From the IMG/VR virus record IMGVR_UViG_3300034092_003233, positions 1-64,000 of that record: a stretch of DNA of 64,000 nt; one strand, written 5' to 3'. Position numbers and translations under genes: made by a program. The stretch comes from a virus. How positions within the stretch are numbered: the first letter of the stretch is position 1; every line of letters begins with the position of its first letter. The notes beneath the pieces are model-generated. The model was given only the letters and a program-made list of their open reading frames with translations. It had not been told where the DNA came from and ran no database searches. Shown here piece after piece: positions 25,891 through 36,051 of the stretch.

Positions 25891-26881
25891 ATTTAAAATC
25901 CTTTTGAATCATTTCATCTAACTTGTCCAAAATATCCTTAGTAAAATACTTTTCTGGTTCTTCGTTGATGTTTTTCATAAACACCTTTGATCCATCTGGC
26001 AATTCAATTCGTGTAGAAACACTCTTGAATATTCCGTATTCTACTGCCAATTCAGCCAAACCATGATATCGACTAAGACCTGTTTCATAGTTCAAACGAG
26101 TTTCGATTTCCATGTTTTCTTTAGCAAAACGATTTTTGTAGTTTTTGCAAGTAATGAAATTACCAACAACTCCCTCATCAGTCTTATCCTTTTTTTTGCT
26201 CAAGAATAGAATTGTGCTCGCTGCATACTTAACACCACTACCACCAGATAAATCCTTGGTTGGAACATAAGAACCAACAACTTGATATGTGTGGTTTGTG
26301 ATTACCATTGGAATTTTTGCCTTACCAAGTTTTGCAGTTAACACACGAAATGCTCCCTTGACTAATTGCGCCTTAGTCATATCACGAACATTTTTTCCCT
26401 CTGCTGTGTCGTTCATTTCTTTTTCGGTTGACAACATACCAAGAGAATCAAGACACATTAAAAGTGGTTTTCTCTTTGACTCCTCTTCTTCTAGATAAGA
26501 ATTTACAATCTTAAGAGCCTGTGTCTTAAACTCTTCAATTGTAAGAACCGGAACAATAGCGATTCTTGATGAGTCAATTCCTCTTCCTTCAAGCATATCG
26601 CTATTGATTGCATTTTCTGTGTCAAAGTACAAAACCATAGATTCTGGATTGGTATCCAAAAAGTTTTTACAAATTCCAAGCGCAAAGAAAGTTTTACCTG
26701 TTGCTTGTTCACCAGCCAAACAAGTAATTCTGTTGTTTGCAAATCCACCATAAAGGCTTCCGCTAAGGAGTGCATTTAGTGAATATGAGCCAGTATCTAC
26801 AAAACTAGTAGTTTCTGTGCTTTCGGCAGCAATGAATGCGTCTTGGTTTCCTGTAACTTTCAGTAATGATTTAATGTTCAT
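25871..26881 (-). CDS. uvsX: RecA-like recombinase
   Basis: [28 protein letters not shown]. Confidence 0.95.
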   Translation of the reverse strand: MNIKSLLKVTGNQDAFIAAESTETTSFVDTGSYSLNALLSGSLYGGFANNRITCLAGEQATGKTFFALGICKNFLDTNPESMVLYFDTENAINSDMLEGRGIDSSRIAIVPVLTIEEFKTQALKIVNSYLEEEESKRKPLLMCLDSLGMLSTEKEMNDTAEGKNVRDMTKAQLVKGAFRVLTAKLGKAKIPMVITNHTYQVVGSYVPTKDLSGGSGVKYAASTILFLSKKKDKTDEGVVGNFITCKNYKNRFAKENMEIETRLNYETGLSRYHGLAELAVEYGIFKSVSTRIELPDGSKVFMKNINEEPEKYFTKDILDKLDEMIQKDFKYGKIDK

Positions 26882-29430
26882 ATAAAATAATCCTCAAGAG
26901 TGTTTTGTTTTTCTGCGTTCCAACCAATCACATCAAGAATGTTCTTTAGTGGATCTAAGAATGTTTTTTCGAACTGTGTATCGTAGTCAATATATGTATG
27001 GAGATCAAGTTCATTTGGGAGGGAATTTAAAAATGTAATAACTTGATCCTTGCCATTTGGACCACATATTGGATTAGGCGACTTCAAATAAACGAATTTA
27101 ATTTTGTCCCCGTCACCGATCAATTTGTATTTCTTTTCTAATTTTAATTTGCGAACATAATGATTGTGTAAAAGTGCTCCCTTTACAGCAATAGGCGTAG
27201 ATTTACGATAAATCATAGTTGGATCATGATAATCTTTTAATCCATTTACGCTTCTTGGAAATGCAATCTCTTCGGGTGACAAAGAAATGAATTTTTCTTT
27301 GAAGGAAGAAACAAATTCAATTAGTTCATCCTCCGATCCATTCATGATAATATCAATTGCCTTTTTGAGTTTATCACGAACAACCTGTGGAGTTGAACTA
27401 CGAGTTGTTTCAATTCCTTTGATCTTTAATTTAACTGATTTGTAACGAACTCCTTCGCTATCCCAAACATTCAACATGTACCGTTTCTTCGCAGTCCAAA
27501 TTCCTTTGCTTGCGATAACTTCTCGTTTCATGTGCATGTAATTTCCAGCACAGTTCATCAACTTTGCTAGTTCTTCATATTTTTCTTCGATAAATGGTTC
27601 TATTAGTTTACTGACAGATTTATCAAGAAAGTCCACAATTTTGTCAATATTTTTTTCATTTTTCAACACTTTTTTAACTAAAGAATCAAGGCAAATATAA
27701 ATGGAATCAGTATCACTCGCAACAATGTAATCAACATCTGCTGTCTTGAGAGTTTCGTTAAGATACTTATTCAGTGCTCTTTCTATCCAACGAATGTTTA
27801 ACTGACCAGAAAGTGTAACTGCTTCTGCCAGATCTGTGTCATAATACCTAAAAAATTCATTTCCGATTGCACCATAGGCTGAGTTTAATTGAATTTTACG
27901 AACAAGTTGGAAGTTGTTATATTTTGAAATATCATAATCCAACTTGATTTTTTCTTTCAAGTCAGTACAAGTCTCCCTTTTCTTTTCCGCATCAATCATC
28001 AAATTTTTGAAGTGTTTGCGTTCTTTATACATTTTTTCCATTAAAGCAGGAAACACCCCCTGAACATCTTTGCGAAATGTTACACCGTTTGCAGCAACAA
28101 TTTCATTTCTGTTTTTGGCATCATCAAAGACTTGAACCGGATCCAAGAAAGTTTTAATTGGTTTACCTTCTTCCCGATCAAAAATAGAATCTGGTGTTAA
28201 ATTGCCGGGTTTGCCCCAATCGGTTTTGGTTTCGGGAGAAATGTTATATTGCATAATCAAATGCGGATATAGACTGTTTAAGTCAAGAGAAACAACCCAA
28301 TTATAAAGACCGGGGATTGGTTCTTTAACATAAGCGCCAGCATATTGTCTATCTTTGCTATTATGTTTTTTTGGAGGAATCACAATACCACGCGCGTGGA
28401 GATAATGGAAAACGATTGCGTCCCAAGTCCGAACCTGACTGAAAATATCCATCAAATTTACTTTGGCTGAATATGCCAGCGCAACCGCAAGTTCCATGAG
28501 TCGTAACTTCTCCTCTAATTTTTTGATTAGAGTTACATCGTGAACATTGTATTCAATGAATTTTTGAAAGTCATTTTTGTAAAATTCATGAATGCTTTCG
28601 TACTCCGAATACGAAAGTTTACCCTCACCTAATTCAATGTTTGCGATGTTATCAAGACGGTACGACTCTTGATTGGTGTAAGTAAATGTAAGATAAAGTT
28701 CATAATAATCCAGTGTTGCAATCCCTGCAAGATCGTAAACATTATGATCTTTATTCCTACGATTTACCACCTTTTGATTTACAATATTCCAAAAAGAAAG
28801 ACGCTTTGCTTCTTTTGTTCCCAGTATTATCGATATACGGGAATACAAATATGGAATATCGAAGAATCGGATATTCCAACCAGTAACAATATCAGGTGCT
28901 AGAGATTGCCAAAAGTTGAGAAAATCCATAAGCATCGTTGCTTCATCATCATAGCACTTAACATGATGATTCGCAGAGATACCTTTAAATGAGTTCAAAC
29001 CAAAAGTAAAGTACTTTTCATCACAATAAATTGTGATTGCATTCACCCGCTCCACCGGATTTTCCATATTTGGAAACCCAGACTCGCATTCTGTCTCAAT
29101 ATCAATGATTGCTATTCTTAATTTTGAGTAATCATAGTCAATCTCACCGGAATATCGTTCTGCCAAAAACGGATAAACAAAATCCATGTTTCCATAGATT
29201 TCAAAATTAGACACATCTTCATACTCTTTCACAAAGTTTTTTGCTTCTGACATGGAATCAAATTCCATTTCTGAAACAGAAACTCCGGTTAGAGTTGTGT
29301 GTGTCGAATTTTTACCCTTGATATAGAGTTTAGGTTGATATTGAACTCGTTCAGAAGTTCTCTTATTGTCCCGTATCTCACGAACAAGAATATTATTTCC
29401 GTAGACAAATGCGTTCGTATAAAAATTCAT
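26878..29430 (-). CDS. gp43: Family B DNA polymerase (T4 gp43-like)
   Basis: DIETE exonuclease, [28 protein letters not shown]. Confidence 0.97.
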   Translation of the reverse strand: MNFYTNAFVYGNNILVREIRDNKRTSERVQYQPKLYIKGKNSTHTTLTGVSVSEMEFDSMSEAKNFVKEYEDVSNFEIYGNMDFVYPFLAERYSGEIDYDYSKLRIAIIDIETECESGFPNMENPVERVNAITIYCDEKYFTFGLNSFKGISANHHVKCYDDEATMLMDFLNFWQSLAPDIVTGWNIRFFDIPYLYSRISIILGTKEAKRLSFWNIVNQKVVNRRNKDHNVYDLAGIATLDYYELYLTFTYTNQESYRLDNIANIELGEGKLSYSEYESIHEFYKNDFQKFIEYNVHDVTLIKKLEEKLRLMELAVALAYSAKVNLMDIFSQVRTWDAIVFHYLHARGIVIPPKKHNSKDRQYAGAYVKEPIPGLYNWVVSLDLNSLYPHLIMQYNISPETKTDWGKPGNLTPDSIFDREEGKPIKTFLDPVQVFDDAKNRNEIVAANGVTFRKDVQGVFPALMEKMYKERKHFKNLMIDAEKKRETCTDLKEKIKLDYDISKYNNFQLVRKIQLNSAYGAIGNEFFRYYDTDLAEAVTLSGQLNIRWIERALNKYLNETLKTADVDYIVASDTDSIYICLDSLVKKVLKNEKNIDKIVDFLDKSVSKLIEPFIEEKYEELAKLMNCAGNYMHMKREVIASKGIWTAKKRYMLNVWDSEGVRYKSVKLKIKGIETTRSSTPQVVRDKLKKAIDIIMNGSEDELIEFVSSFKEKFISLSPEEIAFPRSVNGLKDYHDPTMIYRKSTPIAVKGALLHNHYVRKLKLEKKYKLIGDGDKIKFVYLKSPNPICGPNGKDQVITFLNSLPNELDLHTYIDYDTQFEKTFLDPLKNILDVIGWNAEKQNTLEDYFI

Positions 29431-29744
29431 TCTGATTTTGATTTTACATATGCTGAAAATAAAACACAATAATTGATTATATCAAGAATCGCGTCATTGT
29501 ATCCTTCGTTTTCAACAAGTAACTTTCCATCCTTTGCAAACGTGCTAAGCCTAGAAACTTTATCAACAATTCTTACCAAAAATCCTTGTTCTGTTGAACA
29601 AATTCCCATTGCCTCGCACCTTTCAAAATTGGCAAATGGTGTTCCGTTGCCTGCTCCTGCGTAATCATGATTCTTCATTTTCATGATGTGTAAAGCAGTC
29701 TGGCATAAATTATTATGATGTTGAAATAATTCTTCTCGCTTCAT
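29427..29744 (-). CDS. Nucleotide-modification-associated / MazG-like helical protein
   Basis: KNHDYAG..PFANF..RIVDKVSRL..DAILDIINY. Confidence 0.7.
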   Translation of the reverse strand: MKREELFQHHNNLCQTALHIMKMKNHDYAGAGNGTPFANFERCEAMGICSTEQGFLVRIVDKVSRLSTFAKDGKLLVENEGYNDAILDIINYCVLFSAYVKSKSE

Positions 29745-30175
29745 GATGAAACTCCTGTAGATCCAAACCCACCGACTCTATCGGTTTTTTGTACAGGCGC
29801 AGTATAACATTCTTCAATTGCATAGTCAAGGGACTTTATAAGTTCTCCTTGGGCAATACGATCACCATGACGCACAACAAAGTCAACATTCGATGTATTG
29901 TATAGAAGAATCATCAATTCATTTGTATAGTCAGAGTCGATGATCCCTTCTGCATTTAGAAGAGTTATTCCCTTTTTGTAAGCCAACCCCGAACGTGGAT
30001 GAATACGCACAGAGTAGCCAACTGGAATGTCTAGAATTATACCAGTTGAAATTGGCATAGTGTGACGCGCGGGAACAGTAGTATCACCACACGCTGAAAT
30101 GTCAAAGCAAGCAGATTGTTTTGTGGCAAATTTTGGTAAAATAGAATTTTCACTAATACGATAAACTTTTAGCAT
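29741..30175 (-). CDS. dut: dUTPase
   Basis: SACFDI, PRSGLA, GIIDSDY, DRIAQ, RVGGFGSTG. Confidence 0.95.
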   Translation of the reverse strand: MLKVYRISENSILPKFATKQSACFDISACGDTTVPARHTMPISTGIILDIPVGYSVRIHPRSGLAYKKGITLLNAEGIIDSDYTNELMILLYNTSNVDFVVRHGDRIAQGELIKSLDYAIEECYTAPVQKTDRVGGFGSTGVSS

Positions 30176-30181
30176 ACAGAT

Positions 30182-30209
30182 ATTATACTACAAAAAAGTT
30201 AAAAGTCAA
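30182..30209 (-). promoter_or_regulatory. Sigma70-type promoter for dut-gp43 replication operon
   Basis: TTGACT-16 nt-TATAAT, 6 nt before the dut ATG. Confidence 0.7.
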
Positions 30210-30408
30210 CTGGATCTACTTCTTCAAATATTGTCGAAACCAAATAAGGCATGATTCTTCCACTACTTAAACTTTGTACAATGCATCTTGTATTATCTTG
30301 AGCAATTAGTCCAAAGTATATAAATCTTTCATTTTCGGCAAAGTCAAACATTTTTGATTCTTGACATTGTGGATCAGAAAATTTTACAATAGATAAAAAT
30401 CTTGGCAT
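30199..30408 (-). CDS. Small hypothetical protein
   Basis: SD AAGGA; fills gap between fibre cluster and dut. Confidence 0.6.
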   Translation of the reverse strand: MPRFLSIVKFSDPQCQESKMFDFAENERFIYFGLIAQDNTRCIVQSLSSGRIMPYLVSTIFEEVDPVDF

Positions 30409-30417
30409 TTGTTTCCT

Positions 30418-31305
30418 TTAACTGTAAAGTAATATTTCTCTTGTAAGTGGTCTTCTTATTCTTGCACCTATGTAATCCATAAGAATTTTTGGAGATACAC
30501 TCGGATATCCTGCACCATCACCTATTCCATAATTAATCCAAAATGGAAACATATAATCAGTATTTCCAGTTGGATAATGAGAATTACTTGACGGGGATGC
30601 AGTTCCTGATGTTTTTATTGAATCTGTTTTATTGTTTATAGAATAGCTTGTTACAAAATTTCCAGAAGAATCTTGTTCTATTCCAAGATACAGTTGATAA
30701 ATTTTTTGAAATTCTACTAAAACTCCAGTATCGTATGAACTACTCGTTCCATCTTTAACCCATACAATATTCCATGTGGTGTTTATTGGAGTACTGTCTA
30801 CAAAGTATGCTAAATCGAGATCAAAAACACCATTCACCCAAAATTCAAAATAAACTCCGTCAGAAGGACTTGTTGCGCTATTTGCAAAACCAAATCTAAA
30901 GTAACCATACTGAACCGCAGAACCGTATATATTATTTGTTACAAATATTGCTGTTTCTGCTTCATATTTGGTTTTTAAACCAGAAGAGGGTTGCACTAAT
31001 CCGGGTATGTGTCTTCCATTTGTTTGAATTAATTGATACGCATTAAAATTTGAAGTTCCATCCATACTAAGAATTCCATGCCCATTTGATTGACCGTATT
31101 CTGTTGTATTTGCTGCGCTTCTTGTAATTGTGCTATATAAATGATTTAAATAAAATGGGCTTCCATCAATTCCTGGACCATTGTTTGAAGAAGCAACACC
31201 TTGTACAAAATCTGTAAAATATAACAAATCTAATTGATTGGGATTTTCACTTTGAGAAGTATTTAATAATATTGGATCATTTGATGATATTGCTGAATAT
31301 GCCAT
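30418..31305 (-). CDS. Virion/fibre-associated beta-rich protein (paralog of 31307-32170)
   Basis: Shared MAYS..QSENPxQLD..TDF and DYxGxRIRRxLxREILLYS. Confidence 0.7.
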   Translation of the reverse strand: MAYSAISSNDPILLNTSQSENPNQLDLLYFTDFVQGVASSNNGPGIDGSPFYLNHLYSTITRSAANTTEYGQSNGHGILSMDGTSNFNAYQLIQTNGRHIPGLVQPSSGLKTKYEAETAIFVTNNIYGSAVQYGYFRFGFANSATSPSDGVYFEFWVNGVFDLDLAYFVDSTPINTTWNIVWVKDGTSSSYDTGVLVEFQKIYQLYLGIEQDSSGNFVTSYSINNKTDSIKTSGTASPSSNSHYPTGNTDYMFPFWINYGIGDGAGYPSVSPKILMDYIGARIRRPLTREILLYS

Positions 31306-31306
31306 G

Positions 31307-32170
31307 TTAAGAATACAACAGAATTTCTCTGTTTAACTCCCTTCTTATTCTACATCCCATATAATCCAAAAACAACAATCTTGCAGTCGTAGACGTTGTT
31401 GTAATTTTTGAATTTGTCCAAACCATTCCTATATAATCTGCTGTTCCTGTTGGATAATGAGACGAACTTGATGGTGATGCTGTTCCTTCTACCGAAGAGT
31501 TATCAGTAACATTTTTAACTTTATAAGTTGTAGTAATAGTACCCGCAGTATTAACTTCTACACAAAGATAAAGTCTATATGTTTTACTGGCTGAAACCGT
31601 GAGGGTAGTATCTGCTCTTGACTGTGTTCCATCTTTTCGAAATACTATATTCCATGTTGTATCCGTTGTAGTTCCGTCACAAAGAAATTCAAAATAAACT
31701 CCATCAGCAGAGACACTATTGGTTAAGCCACTTTGTAGTCCAAAACGATAAAATCCTCTGTTTGTTGTTGGTGAGTTTCCGTGTATTGTAGAATCAGTTC
31801 TTACCAAAGTTTCTACTTCATACTTTGATATTTTTCCAGAGCCGGGAGTAGATAGACCAGGAATAATAAATGGGCTCGTATAAACTGTGGTGTATCCTGT
31901 TGAATTGCTAGTTGTTCCTGTAGATATTGATATAACTCCAGAACAAGCGGTTATTCCAAAAGCCTCTATGTGAGATTGAGTGTTATTTGTTATTGCTCCG
32001 CCGTTTGCTGTTGTGGCATATATAACTCCACCTTGAGCAGGAATCGTGCCTGAAGTTGCAATTCCTTGACTAAAATCTGTAAAAATAATTGTATCTAGTT
32101 GCGAAGGATTTTCTGACTGTGCAACACCGGGAAGAACGTAATCATTTGGGCTATATGAACTGTAAGCCAT
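31307..32170 (-). CDS. Virion/fibre-associated beta-rich protein (paralog of 30418-31305)
   Basis: Same N- and C-terminal motifs; Thr/Ser-rich. Confidence 0.7.
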   Translation of the reverse strand: MAYSSYSPNDYVLPGVAQSENPSQLDTIIFTDFSQGIATSGTIPAQGGVIYATTANGGAITNNTQSHIEAFGITACSGVISISTGTTSNSTGYTTVYTSPFIIPGLSTPGSGKISKYEVETLVRTDSTIHGNSPTTNRGFYRFGLQSGLTNSVSADGVYFEFLCDGTTTDTTWNIVFRKDGTQSRADTTLTVSASKTYRLYLCVEVNTAGTITTTYKVKNVTDNSSVEGTASPSSSSHYPTGTADYIGMVWTNSKITTTSTTARLLFLDYMGCRIRRELNREILLYS

Positions 32171-32180
32171 AGTTTCTCCG

Positions 32181-33596
32181 TTATACTATAAACCAATTAG
32201 AGTTATCGCTTAACAAATCAATTGCTTGATATTGTTTTGACAAAGCATAACCAGTAATACCATCTATTGTTTGTGAAGATGTGGTTAGTACTGTTAATAT
32301 TCCAATATTAGAATTTTTAACTGTATATCTATTTGTGTTGCTAACTGCTGTTGGAAGAGTTAAATTAATGTTTCCTGATGTGTTTCCATTATACACATAA
32401 TCTATATTTGCAGTAGAACCTGCTGTGGTAGATGATGTTATTATGTTTATTGAACGAGAAAATCCTGCTGGAACTGCTGCCCACGTTATTCCGATTCCGG
32501 TAGATGTCAAAACTTGATTGTTGGACCCCTGAGAACCATTTATAAGCAGCGTGTTGCGAATATTTAAAGGACCAGATAGTGTCACCCCACCAGAAGCACT
32601 TATTCCCGAAAGAGCGTAAATATAATTAGCAGACAGATCAGAAAATCCATTAAGGCTATTGGAGTTTCCGTACAAAGTGGAATCCGTTGCCGAATACGAA
32701 ATATAATTTCCAGAATCAATTCCATTTGGATCACCTATGTCTATTGTTCCAAATGGATTTGACAACTGAAGTTGGCTGGTGGGATCTCTTAAATAGATGT
32801 AAGTACTATTGTTGTTGTAACTATAATCACCAATTGAAACTCTGGCATTGGATGTGTCTTCAAGATACAATTGCGAGTCAGACACAATAGTCATAACATT
32901 CAGAATGTTTGGAGAGTTTATAGTAACATTAGAGTTAAATGTGATACCACCAGAAGCACTAATTCCCGCAGTGAATCTTGTGAGTGCGCTGAAGGTTCCT
33001 CCTGCTGAACTGATACCATTTGTAAAACTTTGAAGAGGACCAAAGGTATTTGCAGTTCCTGTAGTAACCCCCGTAACAGCACCCGTAAGTCCATTAAAAG
33101 AACTTACAACATTTTTAGTAAGTGCAATTGTGCCCGTGTCATTTGGAAATGTTACGGTATTGTCGTTTGTATCAAATTTTAATGTAGTAGATGCATTTAA
33201 ATCGTTATAAAATATTTCGTTATTTTCAGGATCAACAAATAATTCATAGTCACCGCCATCAATCTGAATGGATTGCGCTACCAAAAAACCATTATCTGAA
33301 TCAATTTTTGCAACATTCCCAATTGCACCAGTAAAACCATTAACACTCAGTACGCCAGTATTCGAAACAGTCAGAGTATTTCCAGAGACAGATAGACCGA
33401 TTCCAGAGCCATTGGTGATACCGACAGCACCAGTAATACCTCTTACAGAAGAAACACCACCCGATGGGCTAGTTAATAATTCACTACCACCAGTTACTCC
33501 GATGTATAATTTTTTATTTGTAGCATCAAACGCAAGTTCAGCATAAGTTAAACCAGTCGGAACACCAGAGCCTCGTTTGATTTTTATAATAGCCAT
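32181..33596 (-). CDS. Tail fibre protein
   Basis: MAIIKIKRGSG.P.GLT.AELAFD N-terminal fibre module; VxSxNGxTGAV repeats. Confidence 0.8.
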   Translation of the reverse strand: MAIIKIKRGSGVPTGLTYAELAFDATNKKLYIGVTGGSELLTSPSGGVSSVRGITGAVGITNGSGIGLSVSGNTLTVSNTGVLSVNGFTGAIGNVAKIDSDNGFLVAQSIQIDGGDYELFVDPENNEIFYNDLNASTTLKFDTNDNTVTFPNDTGTIALTKNVVSSFNGLTGAVTGVTTGTANTFGPLQSFTNGISSAGGTFSALTRFTAGISASGGITFNSNVTINSPNILNVMTIVSDSQLYLEDTSNARVSIGDYSYNNNSTYIYLRDPTSQLQLSNPFGTIDIGDPNGIDSGNYISYSATDSTLYGNSNSLNGFSDLSANYIYALSGISASGGVTLSGPLNIRNTLLINGSQGSNNQVLTSTGIGITWAAVPAGFSRSINIITSSTTAGSTANIDYVYNGNTSGNINLTLPTAVSNTNRYTVKNSNIGILTVLTTSSQTIDGITGYALSKQYQAIDLLSDNSNWFIV

Positions 33597-33632
33597 TCAC
33601 TCTTCCATTTCAAAAGTAATACACTGTATTTA

Positions 33633-33854
33633 TTAGTAACTTTCTCCGTCTAAAGATGGTTCATCTTTCTTTTTTCGCTTACTCAAATTTTCATTTTTAA
33701 TTCGCAATTCAGATATTTGTTGTTCTAAATTTTGAACTTTTACTGAAAGTATATTGACATTCCCCTCTAATATAAGATTAGAGAACAACAATTCTTGACA
33801 CTTTTTTTGAAGAAACGGTATAATCACCTCTTCATTATAATTCACTTCTTTCAT
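33633..33854 (-). CDS. Small coiled-coil protein in fibre cluster
   Basis: SD AGGAG; ends LDGESY. Confidence 0.65.
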   Translation of the reverse strand: MKEVNYNEEVIIPFLQKKCQELLFSNLILEGNVNILSVKVQNLEQQISELRIKNENLSKRKKKDEPSLDGESY

Positions 33855-33876
33855 TACAAATCTCCTATTTTAAATT

Positions 33877-35529
33877 TTAATAACCACCACCGTCAATGTT
33901 CACTTCAAGGTAATTAGTGGCAGCATTATAAGCCAAGTTTGAATTATATTTCAATGCTTGATTTGTATTTGATGCTGCGTTTACGAAAGATAGGAAGCAA
34001 GTTGTATCCGAAGTATCGCTTACCATTGTGACTGTTTGTGCAGTTCCTGCTGTGATTCCTGTAGGCGCAGCCCAAGTAGGTGCAGAACCAGAAGACAACA
34101 ATATTGTTCCTGCGGAACCAATCGAAAGGAATGTGGTTGTTGTTGCTGCTGTGTTATATGGCAACGATCCGGCAAGACCTCCACCTATGTGCGTGGCAGC
34201 ATATGCAGTGAATCCTGCGGCATTTGGGTTTATCCATGTTGGTTGCGCAGCTGCTCCATTTGATTTTATTATGAAATTAGTAGTACCTAAATCAGATGGA
34301 GCAACAACAGTACCATCAGCAACGCTTGGAAAAGTAAAAGTTCTGCTTGCAGCTGCACTTGCATCATATTGTAAAGTTGCGGCGACAGCAGCAACATTAT
34401 TAAATAACCGAACTGTTCCAAATTGCGCCGCACCGGGAGCGCCACTAACTATTTCAGATGCAATAGTTGCATCTCCAATAAAGGTAAAGTAACCAGTGCT
34501 ATCGTCATATCCAAAGAATCCAGTTTTACCACCACTGCTATTATACTTAAATGCGATACCACGATCTTTATTATCGTCTACTGGAGGAGATCCGATACCA
34601 CCAGTCCAACCAAGAGTAATGATTGGATCTGCGATTTCAGTAACGGTGCTATTAACATAAGTTGTGGTTCCGTTTACTGTAAGATTTCCAGTAACGGAAA
34701 GCGAACCAGGCATGGTGACAGAATTTGGGAACCCAACAGAGACTGATCCAGTTGTACCAGTTACAACTATTTGATTTGCAGTTCCAGTAATCCCAGTAAC
34801 AATATTGGGAGCCGATATATTTCCACTAAAAGTTGCACCAGAAGCAATAATGCCTGCATTGAAGGTAGTAAGAGCATTAAATGTCTTTGTCCCTCCGAAT
34901 GTTTGAGTTCCAGAAAGACCTGCAAGGGTTGTTGTAAAATCTGGCAGAGTTGCAACTCTAGCGGGGTCGGGGAAAGATACAGGTGAGGGATTAAAATTAA
35001 GTACTGCTGAAAGTAATCCATTTCTCCATGAAATTGTATTTGCCAAAGGATCAATCGTAACGCCCGCGCTATTTAAAGTGTCAACAATGTCGAATACTGC
35101 TCCAAACGCAGAAATTGTTTGTGGAGCATTAAAATTATTATTTACGTCAGTTTTAGCAACATTGGTAATAGCACCAGTGCTTCCATTTACACTATGCACT
35201 CCAGCATTTGAAACGGTAATGCCTTTTCCTGCTGCGGCAACATTAATAAAAGAGCCGGCACCAACAAAGACAGAACCAGTTAAACCATTTACAGCAGTTA
35301 CAGCACCACCGGCAATATTATTATCAATATATGTTTTAACAGCATATTGAGTTGGTATTTTAACTTGGCTTGTACCAAGTGCAGTATTGTTATCTACCTC
35401 ACCACCAACCCAAATTGCACTTCCAGTAACACCAATAAAGAATTTATTGTTTGCTAAATCAAATGCTGGTTCAGCAAGAGTTAATCCGCTTGGTGTTCCA
35501 GAACCCTTCTTGAATTTAATTATTGCCAT
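33877..35529 (-). CDS. Tail fibre protein
   Basis: MAIIKFKKGSG module; GNLTVNGTTTYVNST..IADPIITL..DRGIAF; ends IDGGGY. Confidence 0.85.
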   Translation of the reverse strand: MAIIKFKKGSGTPSGLTLAEPAFDLANNKFFIGVTGSAIWVGGEVDNNTALGTSQVKIPTQYAVKTYIDNNIAGGAVTAVNGLTGSVFVGAGSFINVAAAGKGITVSNAGVHSVNGSTGAITNVAKTDVNNNFNAPQTISAFGAVFDIVDTLNSAGVTIDPLANTISWRNGLLSAVLNFNPSPVSFPDPARVATLPDFTTTLAGLSGTQTFGGTKTFNALTTFNAGIIASGATFSGNISAPNIVTGITGTANQIVVTGTTGSVSVGFPNSVTMPGSLSVTGNLTVNGTTTYVNSTVTEIADPIITLGWTGGIGSPPVDDNKDRGIAFKYNSSGGKTGFFGYDDSTGYFTFIGDATIASEIVSGAPGAAQFGTVRLFNNVAAVAATLQYDASAAASRTFTFPSVADGTVVAPSDLGTTNFIIKSNGAAAQPTWINPNAAGFTAYAATHIGGGLAGSLPYNTAATTTTFLSIGSAGTILLSSGSAPTWAAPTGITAGTAQTVTMVSDTSDTTCFLSFVNAASNTNQALKYNSNLAYNAATNYLEVNIDGGGY

Positions 35530-35543
35530 TGTTTTTTCCCGTG

Positions 35544-36050
35544 TTAGTAGTTTCCGCCATCAAGGCTGACATCTAATAATCCTTCTAATTCATCATCTCC
35601 AGTAAAACCTTGGAATGCAGTTTTAGTTATTATTAAACCATCAGCAAGAACATAACCACCTATATTTATATTTCCTAGAATATTCAAGTTTCCTGTAATA
35701 GTAACATCATCTGGAAGACCAATTGTTCTTTCTGAACCAGAACCTGTCACCTGAATTTCCGCAGATGTGCCGTAAATTTCAGTTATTCCAGTAGAACCAC
35801 TACCACTTATGAATTCTGTCCAAAATGCATCACCCGTACCACCAATTAATGAGTAGTATTTGTTTTCATCCTCAACATAAACCAACATACCAATTTGTCT
35901 TCGCTGTTGTAATATTGCATCTCTTGCTGTTGTATTTGCAACTGTTCGAAGACCACCCAATCCATATTTTGGATCTTGTACAAATGTAGGATCATTTTCG
36001 GCGTTTGGACCGATTGGAAGACCGACTGAAATGTATCCTGTGATTGGCAT
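35544..36050 (-). CDS. Fibre-associated virion protein
   Basis: GGLRTVA...RQIGMLVYV module; ends LDGGNY. Confidence 0.7.
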   Translation of the reverse strand: MPITGYISVGLPIGPNAENDPTFVQDPKYGLGGLRTVANTTARDAILQQRRQIGMLVYVEDENKYYSLIGGTGDAFWTEFISGSGSTGITEIYGTSAEIQVTGSGSERTIGLPDDVTITGNLNILGNINIGGYVLADGLIITKTAFQGFTGDDELEGLLDVSLDGGNY

Positions 36051-36051
36051 A

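Noticed and set aside
20156-29430. Introns or inteins in nrdJ, helicase, uvsX or polymerase
   Set aside because: All ORFs are continuous and of ordinary length with no splicing motifs
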